From contig CAWBMV010000038.1 of the NCBI GenBank assembly GCA_963789955.1, positions 1 to 27,696 of the forward strand: a DNA stretch of 27,696 nucleotides, in the 5' to 3' direction. This document shows, one piece after another, positions 17,034 to 26,991 of the stretch. The number at the start of each line of letters is the position of its first letter. Position 1 is the first letter of the stretch. Made by a program: the position numbers and the translations under genes. Under the pieces are notes generated by a model. It was given only the letters and a program-made list of their open reading frames with translations. It was not told the origin of the DNA and did no database searches. The DNA is from an uncultured Candidatus Rokubacteria bacterium. GTDB taxonomy: Bacteria > Methylomirabilota > Methylomirabilia > Rokubacteriales > CSP1-6.

Positions 17034-18283
17034 GCGCGCGCGCCGGACAGGGAGCGCAGGTCGAGGCTCTCGTCGGCGAGCTTGCTGGGGTCGATCGAGG
17101 CGCGGGTGCGCACCATGTCGACGGCCGCCTTCAGCTCGCTCTCACCCTTGGGATCTTCAGGATCGCCGCCGCGATCGAGCCCCATGGCGGCGCGCACGAT
17201 ACCGTCCTTCAGATAGAAGGCGAGGAACTTCCGGCTGTCCGGCCGGCCGCGGAACACGAGCCGATCCCAGCTCGCGGCGAAGCCGACGTATTCGATCACG
17301 TGCTCGTACTGATCCGACCAGAACGTGTGGATGTAGTCGTAGGGCTCGTTCCGACCGAGCAACGACCGGGCCGCGGCGCGCCCCTGCTGATAGCCGTTGT
17401 TCCAATGCTCCACGCGCAGGCGCCCGAAGATCGGATGCAGATGGTTGGTCACGTCGCCGGCCGCGAACACGTCCGGCAACGACGTCCGGCACCGCTCGTC
17501 GACGAGCACGCCGTTGTCGACCTGCGCGCCCGCTGCTGCCAACAGCTCGGCGTTAGGAACGATGCCGATGCCCGCGATCACCAGATCGCACTCGAGGACC
17601 TTCCCTTTCCGCGTACGCACGCGCGTCACCCGACCTGAGCCCTCGAGCGCGTCGACCGAGTCCTCCGCGATGAGCTCGACGCCCTTCTCGCGGTGGATCG
17701 CGGCGAGTACCTGCCCGACCTCGTCGCCGAGCACGCGCGCCAGCGGGACCTTGGCGCCCTCGATCGCCACCACCTCGACGCCGAGCTGGCGCAAGGACGC
17801 CGACACCTCGGAGCCGATGAAGCTGAAGCCGATGATCGCCGCACGGCGGCCCGGAGCGACGGCGGCGCGGATGCGATCGCAGTCCTGAACCGTCCGGAGC
17901 TGGAACACCCCGGGCAGATTCGCGCCGGGCACCGTCAACGTCCGGTTGCGCCCGCCCGTCGTGACCAGCAAGCGGTCGTAGACGACGCGTTCCCCACCCT
18001 CGAGCTCGACCAACTTCTGCTTGGGATCGATCGCGGTCGCGCGCACGCCGAGCTTGAGCTGGATCCGCTGTTCGGCGTAATAGCTCGCCGGCTTGACCAG
18101 CTGATCGTCGAAGCGATCCTGACCGCGGAGGTAGCCCTTCGAGAGCGGCGGCCGGTTGTAGGGCGGCTGGGATTCGGCACCGATCAGGACAATGTCGCCG
18201 TCGAATCCTTCTTCACGAAGGGCGACGGCCGCGGTCCCTCCGGCCAGCGAAGCGCCGACGATCACGATCGGCGGTCGTTTCAT
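17030..18283 (-). CDS. FAD-dependent NAD(P)H ferredoxin reductase (HcaD/CamA-like)
   Basis: GASLAG, PYNRPPLSKGYL, second dinucleotide site IIGFSFIGSE, TSLPDVFAAGD, RVEHW, FWSDQY. Confidence 0.93.
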   Translation of the reverse strand: MKRPPIVIVGASLAGGTAAVALREEGFDGDIVLIGAESQPPYNRPPLSKGYLRGQDRFDDQLVKPASYYAEQRIQLKLGVRATAIDPKQKLVELEGGERVVYDRLLVTTGGRNRTLTVPGANLPGVFQLRTVQDCDRIRAAVAPGRRAAIIGFSFIGSEVSASLRQLGVEVVAIEGAKVPLARVLGDEVGQVLAAIHREKGVELIAEDSVDALEGSGRVTRVRTRKGKVLECDLVIAGIGIVPNAELLAAAGAQVDNGVLVDERCRTSLPDVFAAGDVTNHLHPIFGRLRVEHWNNGYQQGRAAARSLLGRNEPYDYIHTFWSDQYEHVIEYVGFAASWDRLVFRGRPDSRKFLAFYLKDGIVRAAMGLDRGGDPEDPKGESELKAAVDMVRTRASIDPSKLADESLDLRSLSGARA

Positions 18284-18421
18284 CTCGCCACTCCCCCGTC
18301 GCTCCGAAACGGTGACGCCGCGACTGCTAGAATGCGGAGACGACCTTGGAAATCACCGTACCAGGGAAACCGAGGGCGCGCACGAGCTTGGGCGATCGAA
18401 GCGACGACGGCGACGCGGCGC

Positions 18422-21400
18422 TCAGTCGTCGACGCCGCCCGGGATCTCGCGGGCGGGCGTGCGGCGCCAGGCGCGGCGTAACCGGTGGCGCCAGGCGCGC
18501 CGCTCGCCCTGCCGCGCCTGCCGGCGCCACGGCGCCAGCGACGGCGTCGAGAGCTGGAGCGCGCGGGCGGCATCTTCGAAGAGCGAATAGGCGACCGGCG
18601 TCACCAGCAGGGTCAGCAGCAGGCAGAGCGTCTGGCCGCCGATGACCACGACCGCGATGGCGCGCCGCTCCTCGGAGCCCGGTCCGGTCCCCACCCACAA
18701 CGGCAGCATGCCGGCCACGAGGGCCAACGTCGTCATCAAGATCGGCCGCAGCCGATCGCGGTTGCCCTGCATGATGGCCGCGTCGCGGTCCATGCCCTGC
18801 GCGCGCAGTGCGTTCATGTGGTCGATCTGCAAGATCGCGTTCTTCTTGACGACGCCGAACAGGACCAGGATGCCGAGCGCCGAGTAGAGGTTGAGCGTGT
18901 TGCCCGTGTAATAGAGCGAGAACAGTGCGAACGGCACCGAGAGCGGCAAGGACAGCAAGATCGTCAGCGGATGGATCAGGCTCTCGAACTGCGAGGCCAG
19001 GATCATGTACATGAAGATCACGGAGAGCAGGAAGACCCACAGGAACTCGGTGAAGGTCTTCTCCATCTCCCTCGCCTTGCCGGTGAGGAACGTCTGATAC
19101 GCGGTCGGCAGATTCATGTCCGCGACCGCCTTCTTGAGCAGCTCGTTGCGGTCGGCCTGGCCGTAGCCCGGCGCGATGCCGGCTCTCAGCCGCGTCTCGC
19201 GCTGCCGGTCAGTGCGGTCGATACGCGAGGCGGTGGCGGCCGGCTCGATCTTGACGACGTTGTCGAGCCGCACGAGACCGCCGCCGGGCGCCAGATTGAC
19301 CTGCGCCGGCGCGCCCGTCGCAGAGTTGGTCGACGTCGTGTCGCGCGAGACGTAGAGCCGCTGGATCGTGCCCAGGTTGCCGCGGAACTGCGGCATCAGG
19401 CGAATCTGAACGTCGTAGTCGTCGTTGACGACCGGATCGTGGAAGCGTGACACCTGATCGTCGCCGCCCACCATCAGCCGCAGCGCGGTCGCGATCTGCT
19501 GGGTGTCCACGCGCAGGTCGGCGGCCCGCTGGCGGTCGATCGCCACGCGGAGCTCGGGCTTGTCGAGCCGCAAGGTGGTGTCGATGTCCACGATGCCGCC
19601 GATGTCGCGCGCCTTCACCTTCAAGGTCTCGCCGTACTCGGCGAGCTTCTCGAGCTCGGGTCCGCGCAGCGCGAGATCGATGTCGAAGGTACCGCCGCCG
19701 ATGTTGAAGCCCGCGATGTTCCGGACCTGCGTACGCATGTCCGTGAACTTCTTGAAGCGCTGCCGGAGGGCCATCATCACCTCGCGCTGAGCGTAGTTGC
19801 CCCGGAACGCGTCCAGCGGCCGGCCGTGGATCAGCCCGTTCCAGAGCCGTCCCGGCGTCAACGTGCGCTCCTCGTGGGAGACCGTGCGCACGTACATGTA
19901 GCCCTGGTTCACCTTGCCCAGGAAGCTCCCGCCGCCCGACGCCAGAGTGAGCGCCACGCCCTTCGTCTCGCGCGCTTCCTTCGAGAGCGCCTGCATCGCC
20001 TCGTCCATCGCGGCGAGGCTCATCTTCTCGGGGCCGAAGACCAGTACCTCGAACTCCGACTCGTCGACGTCGCTCGGGATGTACTCCTGCTTGACCTGGC
20101 GATAGATCGGCACCGCGGAGGCCAGGGTGAGCACGCTGATGACGACGATGACCCAGCGGTGCCGCATCGACCACGCCAGGCTCCACGCGTAGGCGCCGTC
20201 GATCCAGGCGTAGAAGCCGCCGCGCGAGCTCGCCTGGCCACCCTCGGCGGCGTGGCCGCTCGCGGCGTCCTCCGTTCGCAGGAGACGCGCGCACATCATC
20301 GGGGTCAGCGAGAACGACACGATCAGGCTGACCAGCACGGACACGGCGGCCGTGAGGCCGAACTGGTACAGGAACCGCCCGGAGATCGAGGACATGAACG
20401 AGACCGGCACGAAGATGACGACCAGGGAGAACGTCGTCGCCATGACCGCCAGCCCGATGTCGGCGGTCGCCTCGCGGGCGGCCTCGAACGGCCGCATCTT
20501 CTTTTCCTCGACGAAACGGAAGACGTTCTCGAGCACGACGATGGCGTCGTCGATGACGATGCCGACCATCAGCACCAGGGCGAGCATCGTCACGCTGTTC
20601 AGGGTGAAGTTGAGCGCCCACATCATCCCGAACGCCGAGATGACCGAGGTCGGGATGGCCACCGCGGCGATGAACGTCGAGCGCCACGAGCGCATGAAGG
20701 CGAGCACGACCAGCGAGGCCAGGATCGAGCCGAGCACCAGGTGCAGGTTGATCTCGTGGAGCGCCGCGTAGATGTAGCGCGACTGGTCGCGGATCACCTC
20801 GAGCTTCACGTCCGGCGGAACTTGACCGCTCAGGCGCACCAGCTTGGCCTTCACGCCCTCGATCACGGCGACCGTGTTCTCGCCCGACTGCCGGCGGACC
20901 TCCATGATGACCGTCGGCACGCCGTTGAGCCGCGCGGCCGAGCGCTGCTCCTTGGTGCCGTCCTCGGCGTAGCCGATGTCGCGCACGCGGACCGGGACGC
21001 CGCTCAACGTGGCCACGACCAGCTCGTTGAACGTACGCGGCTCTGCCATCCGGCCCATCGTCCGGAGCGACGCCTCGTTCAGCCCGGCCGTCACGTTGCC
21101 GCCCGGGCAGGTCGGCGTTCTGACGGATGAGGGCGTCGCGCACGGTCGTGATCGGGATCTGGTAGGCCGCCAGCCGGTCGGGATCGACCCAGATATTGAC
21201 CGCGCGGAGCAGCCCGCCGACGATCCGGACCTCGCCGACTCCCGACGAGCGCTCGAGCTGTGGACGCACGATCTTGTCGGCGATCTCGGTCAGCTCGCGG
21301 AGCGAGCGCTCGCCGGACAGCGCGATCGTGACGACCGGCGCCTGGTCGTTGTCGAACTTCGAGACGATGGGCGGCAGGATCTCGCGCGGCAGGTTGCGCA

Positions 21401-21749
21401 TCGCGATGGCGACCTTGTCGCGCACGTCCTGGGCCGCCACGTCGATCTGCCGATTCAGGTTGAAGGTGACGATGATGACCGCGGTGCCGGGGCCGGAGAT
21501 CGAGCGCAGCTCGTTGATCCCCTGGATCGTGTTGATCTGCTCCTCGAGCTTCTGCGCGACCTGGGTCTCGGTTTCCTCGGTCGAGGCGCCCGGCAGCTCG
21601 ACGCGCACGCTGACGGTGGGCAGATCGACGGTCGGGAAGCGATCGACGCCGAGCCGGAACCAGCTCGCGGCGCCGATGACCACGAACGCCATGACCAGCA
21701 TGGTCGCGAACACCGGACGCTTGATGCAGACCTCGGCGAGTTTTTGCAT
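18422..21749 (-). CDS. RND efflux permease, AcrB/MdtB family (one apparent +1 indel near 21103)
   Basis: MQKLAEVCIKRPVFATM..., GIVIDDAIVVLEN, LASQFES, GVVKKNAIL, RLRPILMTT. The N-terminal ~215 aa lie in ORF 19209-21749 and the rest in ORF 18422-21094. Confidence 0.93.
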
Positions 21750-21755
21750 GCGGTC

Positions 21756-22965
21756 CTACGGGACCACTTGAACCGGCTGACCGCCGACGAGGTTGCCCGG
21801 CATGGCGACCACGGGATCGCCGCGCTTGAGGCCGTCGAGGATCTCGACGTCATCGCCGAGCCGGCGGCCGGTCGTCACGCGGACCTCCGCGGTCTTGCCC
21901 TGACGGACCAGCAGCACCTTCTCGACGCCGGCGAATACGATGATGGCGCTCGACGGCACCGTCACCACCGGCTGGCTCACCTCGGTCATGATCTCGACCC
22001 GGGCGAAGGCGCCGGGCCGCAGGAATCCGCGCTCGTTCGGCACTTCCGCCTCGACGAGCAAGGTGCGGTTCTGCTCCTGGACGATCGGCGAGAGCCGGAC
22101 GACTCGGCCGCGATAGACGGTGGGATCGCCCTCGACAGTCAACGTCACGGCGTGTCCGGTGCGCACGCCGGCAGCCCTCGCGCTCGGGCACCGGCACGCG
22201 AAGGCGCAGCGGGTGCACGCGCACCATCGTCGCGATCGGCGTGCCCGCCGCCAGGTACTCGCCGACCGAGGCCTGCTTGACGCTCACGACTCCGTCGAGC
22301 GGCGACAGGATCACCGTGTCGGTCAGCTGCTGCCGCGCCAGATCCAGCTCGGAGCGCCGCTGCGCGATGATGGCCTGACGATTGCGCACTTCCTCGATCG
22401 CGTCCTGGTAGCGCCCCTCGGCCACCTGCAGCGCCGCCTCGGCGGAGTCGAGCTGCGCGCGCGCGATCAGCTCCTGCTGCGCGAGCTTGACGCTGCGATC
22501 GCGGGTGAGCCGCGCGTCGTCCATCATCGCGCGCGCCTGGCGGACGATCGCGGTCTGTTCGGGATCGACGCGCTCGTCCTGCCCGGTCGCGCTGAGCCCG
22601 AGGCGAACGCGCGCCTGCTGGAGCGCGGCCTCGGCCTGGTCCACGCGAATCTTGAAGTCGTTCTGGTCGAGCTTGCCCACGACCTGGCCGCGCTTCACCC
22701 GCGTGCCGAGGTCGACCGTGATCTCGGCGAGACGGCCGGCGACCTTGGTGCCGAGCACGACCTGCTCGTCAGCCGCGAGCGTTCCGGTCGCGGTCACCGT
22801 TCGCGCGATCGTCCGCTCGGCGGCCGGCGCCACCTTGACCTCGCGCGGCGGCGGCCCCGCCGGCTTGGCCTTGGCTTCCTCGGCGCCGACGGCGGGCTGG
22901 TTCTGGCAGCCACTCAGCAGGAGGGTCAGGGCAAGGGCGACTGCGGTCAGGGCGTAGGCCGACAT
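21756..22965 (-). CDS. RND efflux periplasmic adaptor (MFP), probable lipoprotein (one apparent +1 indel near 22176)
   Basis: Starts MSAYALTAVALALTLLLSGC (lipobox LSGC). Lipoyl halves VAGRLAEITVDLGTRVKRGQ and ILSPLDGVV. C-terminal LRPGAFARV, VPSSAI, GLKRGDPVV. Confidence 0.92.
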
Positions 22966-23020
22966 CCGTCTGATGATACCGCAGCCGACTCCCCCGCTCC
23001 GCCGCAGCAAGATTTGCGTA

Positions 23021-23767
23021 CTAGCGGGACGGAGCGGGCGGAGCGACGGTGACGCCCTGAACCGCGTTGCGCGAGATGGCCTGGGCCACCAGGCCGGCGG
23101 CCTTCACGTCCTCGACGAACGCGCGCAGGAACTTCGCGGAGGCCTCGCGGTTCTTCGCCGTGCCGATCGACTGCTGGACCCCGGTGAACTGTCCGTCGAG
23201 CACCCGGGCGCCCGGCAATTTCTGGACGTCCGTCAGCAGGCGCGGCTTGAGGCCGGCCAGCGCTTCCAGCTTCTGGGACACGAAGATGTCGAAGGAGCCG
23301 TCGAGACCCTGCGTCATCACGAGCTTGGCGTGCTTGATCGTCCGCGCGAGATAGAGACCGTAGGCGCTCTGGTCGGCCACGGCGATCCGGACGCCCTCGC
23401 GGTCGACCTCGTCGACCGACCGGATCGGCGAGCCGGCCGGTACCAGATAGGTCGACGGAATCTCGAGGTAGGCGGCCGTGAACGCGATCTCGGTGGCACG
23501 CTGCGGCTCGTTGCCGAGGAACGCGACGTCCCACGCGCCGGTCTTCACGCCGTCGCCCAGCTTGCCCGCCGTGTCGAACTTGATGAACTCGACCGGCACG
23601 CCGACCCGCCGGCCGAGCTCGCGAGCCAGATCGGAGGCCACGCCCTTGGGATCGGTCCCTGACGAACCGGGTGTGACCAGCAGGAAGTTTCCGTGATTGA
23701 GCCCGACTCTGAGCTTTCCGCTCGGAGCGAGCTCGGACCGGACGGCGGATGTGATTTCGGTGGCCAT
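23021..23767 (-). CDS. Type 2 periplasmic-binding-fold protein (family 3 amino-acid SBP-like), no obvious signal peptide
   Basis: ELAPSGKLRVGLNHGN, DLARELGRRVGVP, WDVAFL, FTAAYLEI, VDREGVRIAV, SAYGLYLAR. Start ATG 23767. Confidence 0.85.
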   Translation of the reverse strand: MATEITSAVRSELAPSGKLRVGLNHGNFLLVTPGSSGTDPKGVASDLARELGRRVGVPVEFIKFDTAGKLGDGVKTGAWDVAFLGNEPQRATEIAFTAAYLEIPSTYLVPAGSPIRSVDEVDREGVRIAVADQSAYGLYLARTIKHAKLVMTQGLDGSFDIFVSQKLEALAGLKPRLLTDVQKLPGARVLDGQFTGVQQSIGTAKNREASAKFLRAFVEDVKAAGLVAQAISRNAVQGVTVAPPAPSR

Positions 23768-23833
23768 GGCGCCAGACGTTAGCACACGCCCGAAGCCACG
23801 GCGACCGCGAATCGGACGGCCATCATCGAATCG

Positions 23834-24208
23834 TCACGATACCGTCCGGTTCTTGAAGAACGAGCTCTTCAGGGCGATCTTTCCGCCGCGGAACGTGAAC
23901 ACGTCGCAGCCGTTCACCTCGACCTTCCGGCCGTCGCCGCTGGTGCCCGTGAAGATCCACTCCGACAGCCCACGGTCGCCCGAGACGAAGTGACGCGCCG
24001 CGCCGAAGCGGGCGTCCGGAAACGCCGCGAACACGCTCGAGAACGCCTTGCGCACGCGCTCGGGCCCCGCGTGGCGCGTGCCGCAGGCGTCCGGGCCCGC
24101 GATGCTCTCGAAGACGCAGTCGTCGGACATGAAGGTCATCAAGAGGTCGACTTCGTGACCGTTCCAGCCGGCCTCGAAGAACGCGTCCAGGTATTTCGTC
24201 GTCTTCGT
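23834..24208 (-). CDS. SnoaL/NTF2-like protein (start uncertain; ACG at 24208 after GAGGAG)
   Basis: Frame reads (T/M)KTTKYLDAFFEAGWNGHEVDLLMTFMSDDCVFE...FPDARF...GLSEWIFTGT...EVNGCDVFTFRGGKIALKSSFFKNR, which is typical of SnoaL_2. Confidence 0.85.
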   Translation of the reverse strand, partial: TKTTKYLDAFFEAGWNGHEVDLLMTFMSDDCVFESIAGPDACGTRHAGPERVRKAFSSVFAAFPDARFGAARHFVSGDRGLSEWIFTGTSGDGRKVEVNGCDVFTFRGGKIALKSSFFKNRTVS

Positions 24209-24424
24209 GGTCTCCTCGCTGAGTCGTTGGGACGAGGGTCACTCCGCACCCGCGGCGTCAATTCCCGATACATCCGGGTGGTCGCGTCGAACGACACGTT
24301 GTATGGTGCCCTCGCCGGGCCGGCGCCCATACATCCGCGCGGCGCGCTCGCGCACTACCGGATCTGGCGATATCCTTTGCTTGGCCCGATCGAGGGGCCG
24401 ACGGTCCGCGTAAAGGGCTCAGCC

Positions 24425-24600
24425 CACTCCGTTCGACATAGACGCACACATAACCTGACTTCCTGCCCGAAGCTCGCGGACGCCGGGCGCAACGCCCGGA
24501 CCATCCACCAGATCGTCAAGACCTCGGGCCACACCGACCTCGAACTGTTCATGCGCCAGCACCAGGAGCGCGACGAGCGGCACGACGAGGTCAAGCGCGT
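24425..24600 (+). pseudogene. Possible decayed tyrosine recombinase C-terminal fragment
   Basis: In-frame HSVRH...HNL--TSCPKLADAG.NARTI...SGHTDLELFMRQ resembles the box II pattern HxLRHTFxTxLxxAG...IxxxLGHxxxxxxxxY. The Tyr position is occupied by Gln. Judged by eye only. Confidence 0.4.
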
Positions 24601-25673
24601 CGTCTGGGTCATCCAGGAGGCGGCGGCCGAGGGGCGGGCCGACGAGCTTCACCGTCTGCTCGACGCGCATCCGGATCTGGTCGATGCGCCCGGCGTGACC
24701 TGGGAGCAGCAGACCGCGCTGCACAAGGCGGCGTGGAAAAATCGGCTCGAGTGCGTCCGCGTCCTCTTGGAGCACGGCGCGGACGTCGGCATTCGCGACT
24801 TCGGCGACAACGCCTATCCCCTGCACTTCGCGGCCGCCGAGGCCGATCTGGCGATCGTCAGGATGCTGGTCGAGGCGGGCTCGGACGTCGTCGGAGAGGG
24901 CGATGACCATCATCTGGAGGTCCTCGGCTGGGCGACGTGCCTGCGCGGCGTTCGCGAGGACGTCGCCGAGTATCTTCTGCGCGCCGGTGCGCGCCTCAAC
25001 ATCTGGTCCGCCATCGCGCTCGGGCCGCGCCGACGACGTGCGCGCCTTCGTGCGGAGCGTCCCGTCGATCCTGTCGGCCCGGATGAGCCGCAACGAGCAC
25101 GGCCGCACACCGCTGCATCACGCGGCGGCGATGAATCGCCCGGCGATCGTCCGACTCCTGCTCGATCTCGGCGCGGACGTGCACGCGCCGAGACGACGCG
25201 AGCCGGACGGCGTTGACCGTCGCCGTCGTGGACAAAGCCGATCCGAGCGTGCTCGCGCTGCTCCAGGACGCGGGCGCCACGTTCGATCTGCTCGCGGCGG
25301 TGACGCTCGGCCGCTACGATCTTGCGGAGCGGATCCTCGTCGAGGATCCCGCGCGCATCGGGACCGACGGGCGAGACACCGTCGTCCTGCACCTCCTGGT
25401 CGCGCAGCGGAACGACGACGGCGTGCGATGGCTCATCGAGCGCGGCGTCGACGTGAACGCCAAGCGCGTGCTGTGGGACTGCAACCCACCGCGCTCCACG
25501 TCACCACCGAGCTGCCGGGAGGCGCGATCGAGCTCACGCGCATGCTGCTCGATGCCGGCGCCGATCCCAACATCCGGGACGACAAGTACGAGGGGACGGC
25601 CCTCGGCTGGGCCGAGTTCTGCGGCCAGCCCCAGATCGCCGAACTGCTGCGCCAGCGCGGCGCGACGACCTGA
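24551..25673 (+). CDS. Ankyrin repeat protein (three apparent indels near 25023, 25188, 25485; start uncertain)
   Basis: Repeats QTALHKAAWKNRLECVRVLLEHGADV, YPLHFAAAEADLAIVRMLVEAGSDV, RTPLHHAAAMNRPAIVRLLLDLGADV, TALHVT...MLLDAGADPNIRD, TALGWAEFCGQPQIAELLRQRGA. Confidence 0.88.
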
Positions 25674-25681
25674 GGAGTTGA

Positions 25682-25863
25682 TTGTCGTAGGCGCGCCTCG
25701 GCCGGCGGGGCCCCAGCCCCGCGACGGCCTGCAGCGCGCATCTTGTCTTAGGCGCGCCTCGGCCGGCGGGGCCCCAGCCCCGCGACGGCCTGCAGCGCGC
25801 ACCTTGTCTTAGGCGCGCCTCGGCCGGCGGGGCCCCAGCCCCGCGACGGCCTGCAGCGCGCAC
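25682..25863. repeat. Tandem array of three ~61-bp palindromic (REP/BIME-like) units between convergent genes
   Basis: Units start at 25682, 25743 and 25804. The core taggcgcgcctcggccggcggggccccagccccgcgacggcctgcagcgcgca is identical in all three. Each folds as gcgcgc..ggccg-gcggggc-ccca-gccccgc..cggcc..gcgcgc. Confidence 0.95.
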
Positions 25864-26959
25864 TACCGAATGGCCGCCAGCGGCTCGAGTCCCATCTCGC
25901 CCGTGCAGACGCCGAACCACTGGATGACTTCCTTGTGGAGCGGGATGCCGTGGGCGCGGCGGTGCTGGATCTCTTCGGCCTCGGAGAGCCCTGGATAGAG
26001 GACGCGCTCCTGACCCGGAGCCGGCGTGGCGGTTCTGAGGGTCTTGAGCATGCCGTCCATCGTGTCCTTGAACTGCTCCGGGTCGGTGAAGGCCTCGATG
26101 TCGTAGGCGGCGAAGTGATTCTTCGAGCCGCTGCCGGCGGCGAGCATCGTGGGCAGGGCGCCGGAGAGCACGGTCGACAGGACTTCGGCCATCATCGCGA
26201 AGCCGTAGCCCTTGTGGGAGCCCTGCTCGCGCGTGCCGCCGAGCGGCGCCTGATGGTATTCGTCACGGTCGAAGACCGGCTTCTCCTCCATGATCGGAAT
26301 GCCTTCCTTGTCCGTCACCCAGCCCGGCAGCAGCGGCGAGCCGACGCGAATGGCCAGCCGGATCTTGTTGCCGGCGATCGCGGAGGTCGCGGCGTCGAAG
26401 AGCATCGGCGCCTCGTGCCGCGCCGGGGCCGCGAGCGCGATCGGGTTCGTGCCGAGCAGCGGCTTGGCGGCGAACGTCGGCACCACGCTGAGTCCGGCGC
26501 CGGTGAAGCACACGCCGACCATGCCCTGCTCGGCGGCCTGCATCGCGTAGTGGCCGATCGCGCCGAAGTGGCCGCTGTTGAACACGGTCACCACGCCGAC
26601 GCCGACGCGCCGCGCCTTCTCGATCGCCAGCCGCATCGCCTTGGGGCCCGACCATGATGCCCGAGGCGCCGCTCGGCGTCGATCACCGCCGTGCCCGGTG
26701 ACTCGCGCGCGATGCGCCAGCCCGGATGCGGATCGAGCTTGCCGGCCTTGTAGTCGCGTACGTAGGCGCGCAGCATGTTCGACACGCCGTGCGTCTCGAC
26801 GCCCCGGAGATCCGTCATCGTGAGGACGTCGGCGCCCTCCGCGGCGTCCTCCGGCGTGAGACCGAGCTTTTCGAAGATCTGCGTGACGGTGCGACGCAGC
26901 GCCGCCTCGGTCACGAAGACCTGGTCCTTCACCGGAACCTTGAAGCGCTCGAGAATCAT
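25863..26959 (-). CDS. Ldh_2 family oxidoreductase (malate/L-lactate/ureidoglycolate/sulfolactate dehydrogenase-like; two apparent +1 indels near 26661 and 26643)
   Basis: MILERF...DLRGVETHGV, NSGHFGAIGHY, PTFAAKPLLGTNPIA, FDAATS, LGG...GSHKGYG, ERVLYPG. Confidence 0.92.
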
Positions 26960-26991
26960 GGCTGGCTCTCCCCTCGCGAATCGTCGGCGCG

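Noticed and set aside
24420..24445. GTTCGA suggesting a tRNA T-loop or att site
   Set aside because: No T-stem, cloverleaf or CCA end, and no second copy in the window.
25682..25863. CRISPR array
   Set aside because: The linkers are only ~8 nt and nearly identical, the repeat is too long, and there are no cas genes.
434..26661. Programmed ribosomal frameshifting or phase variation at the frame breaks
   Set aside because: No slippery heptamers or long homopolymers, and the breaks are scattered over unrelated genes.
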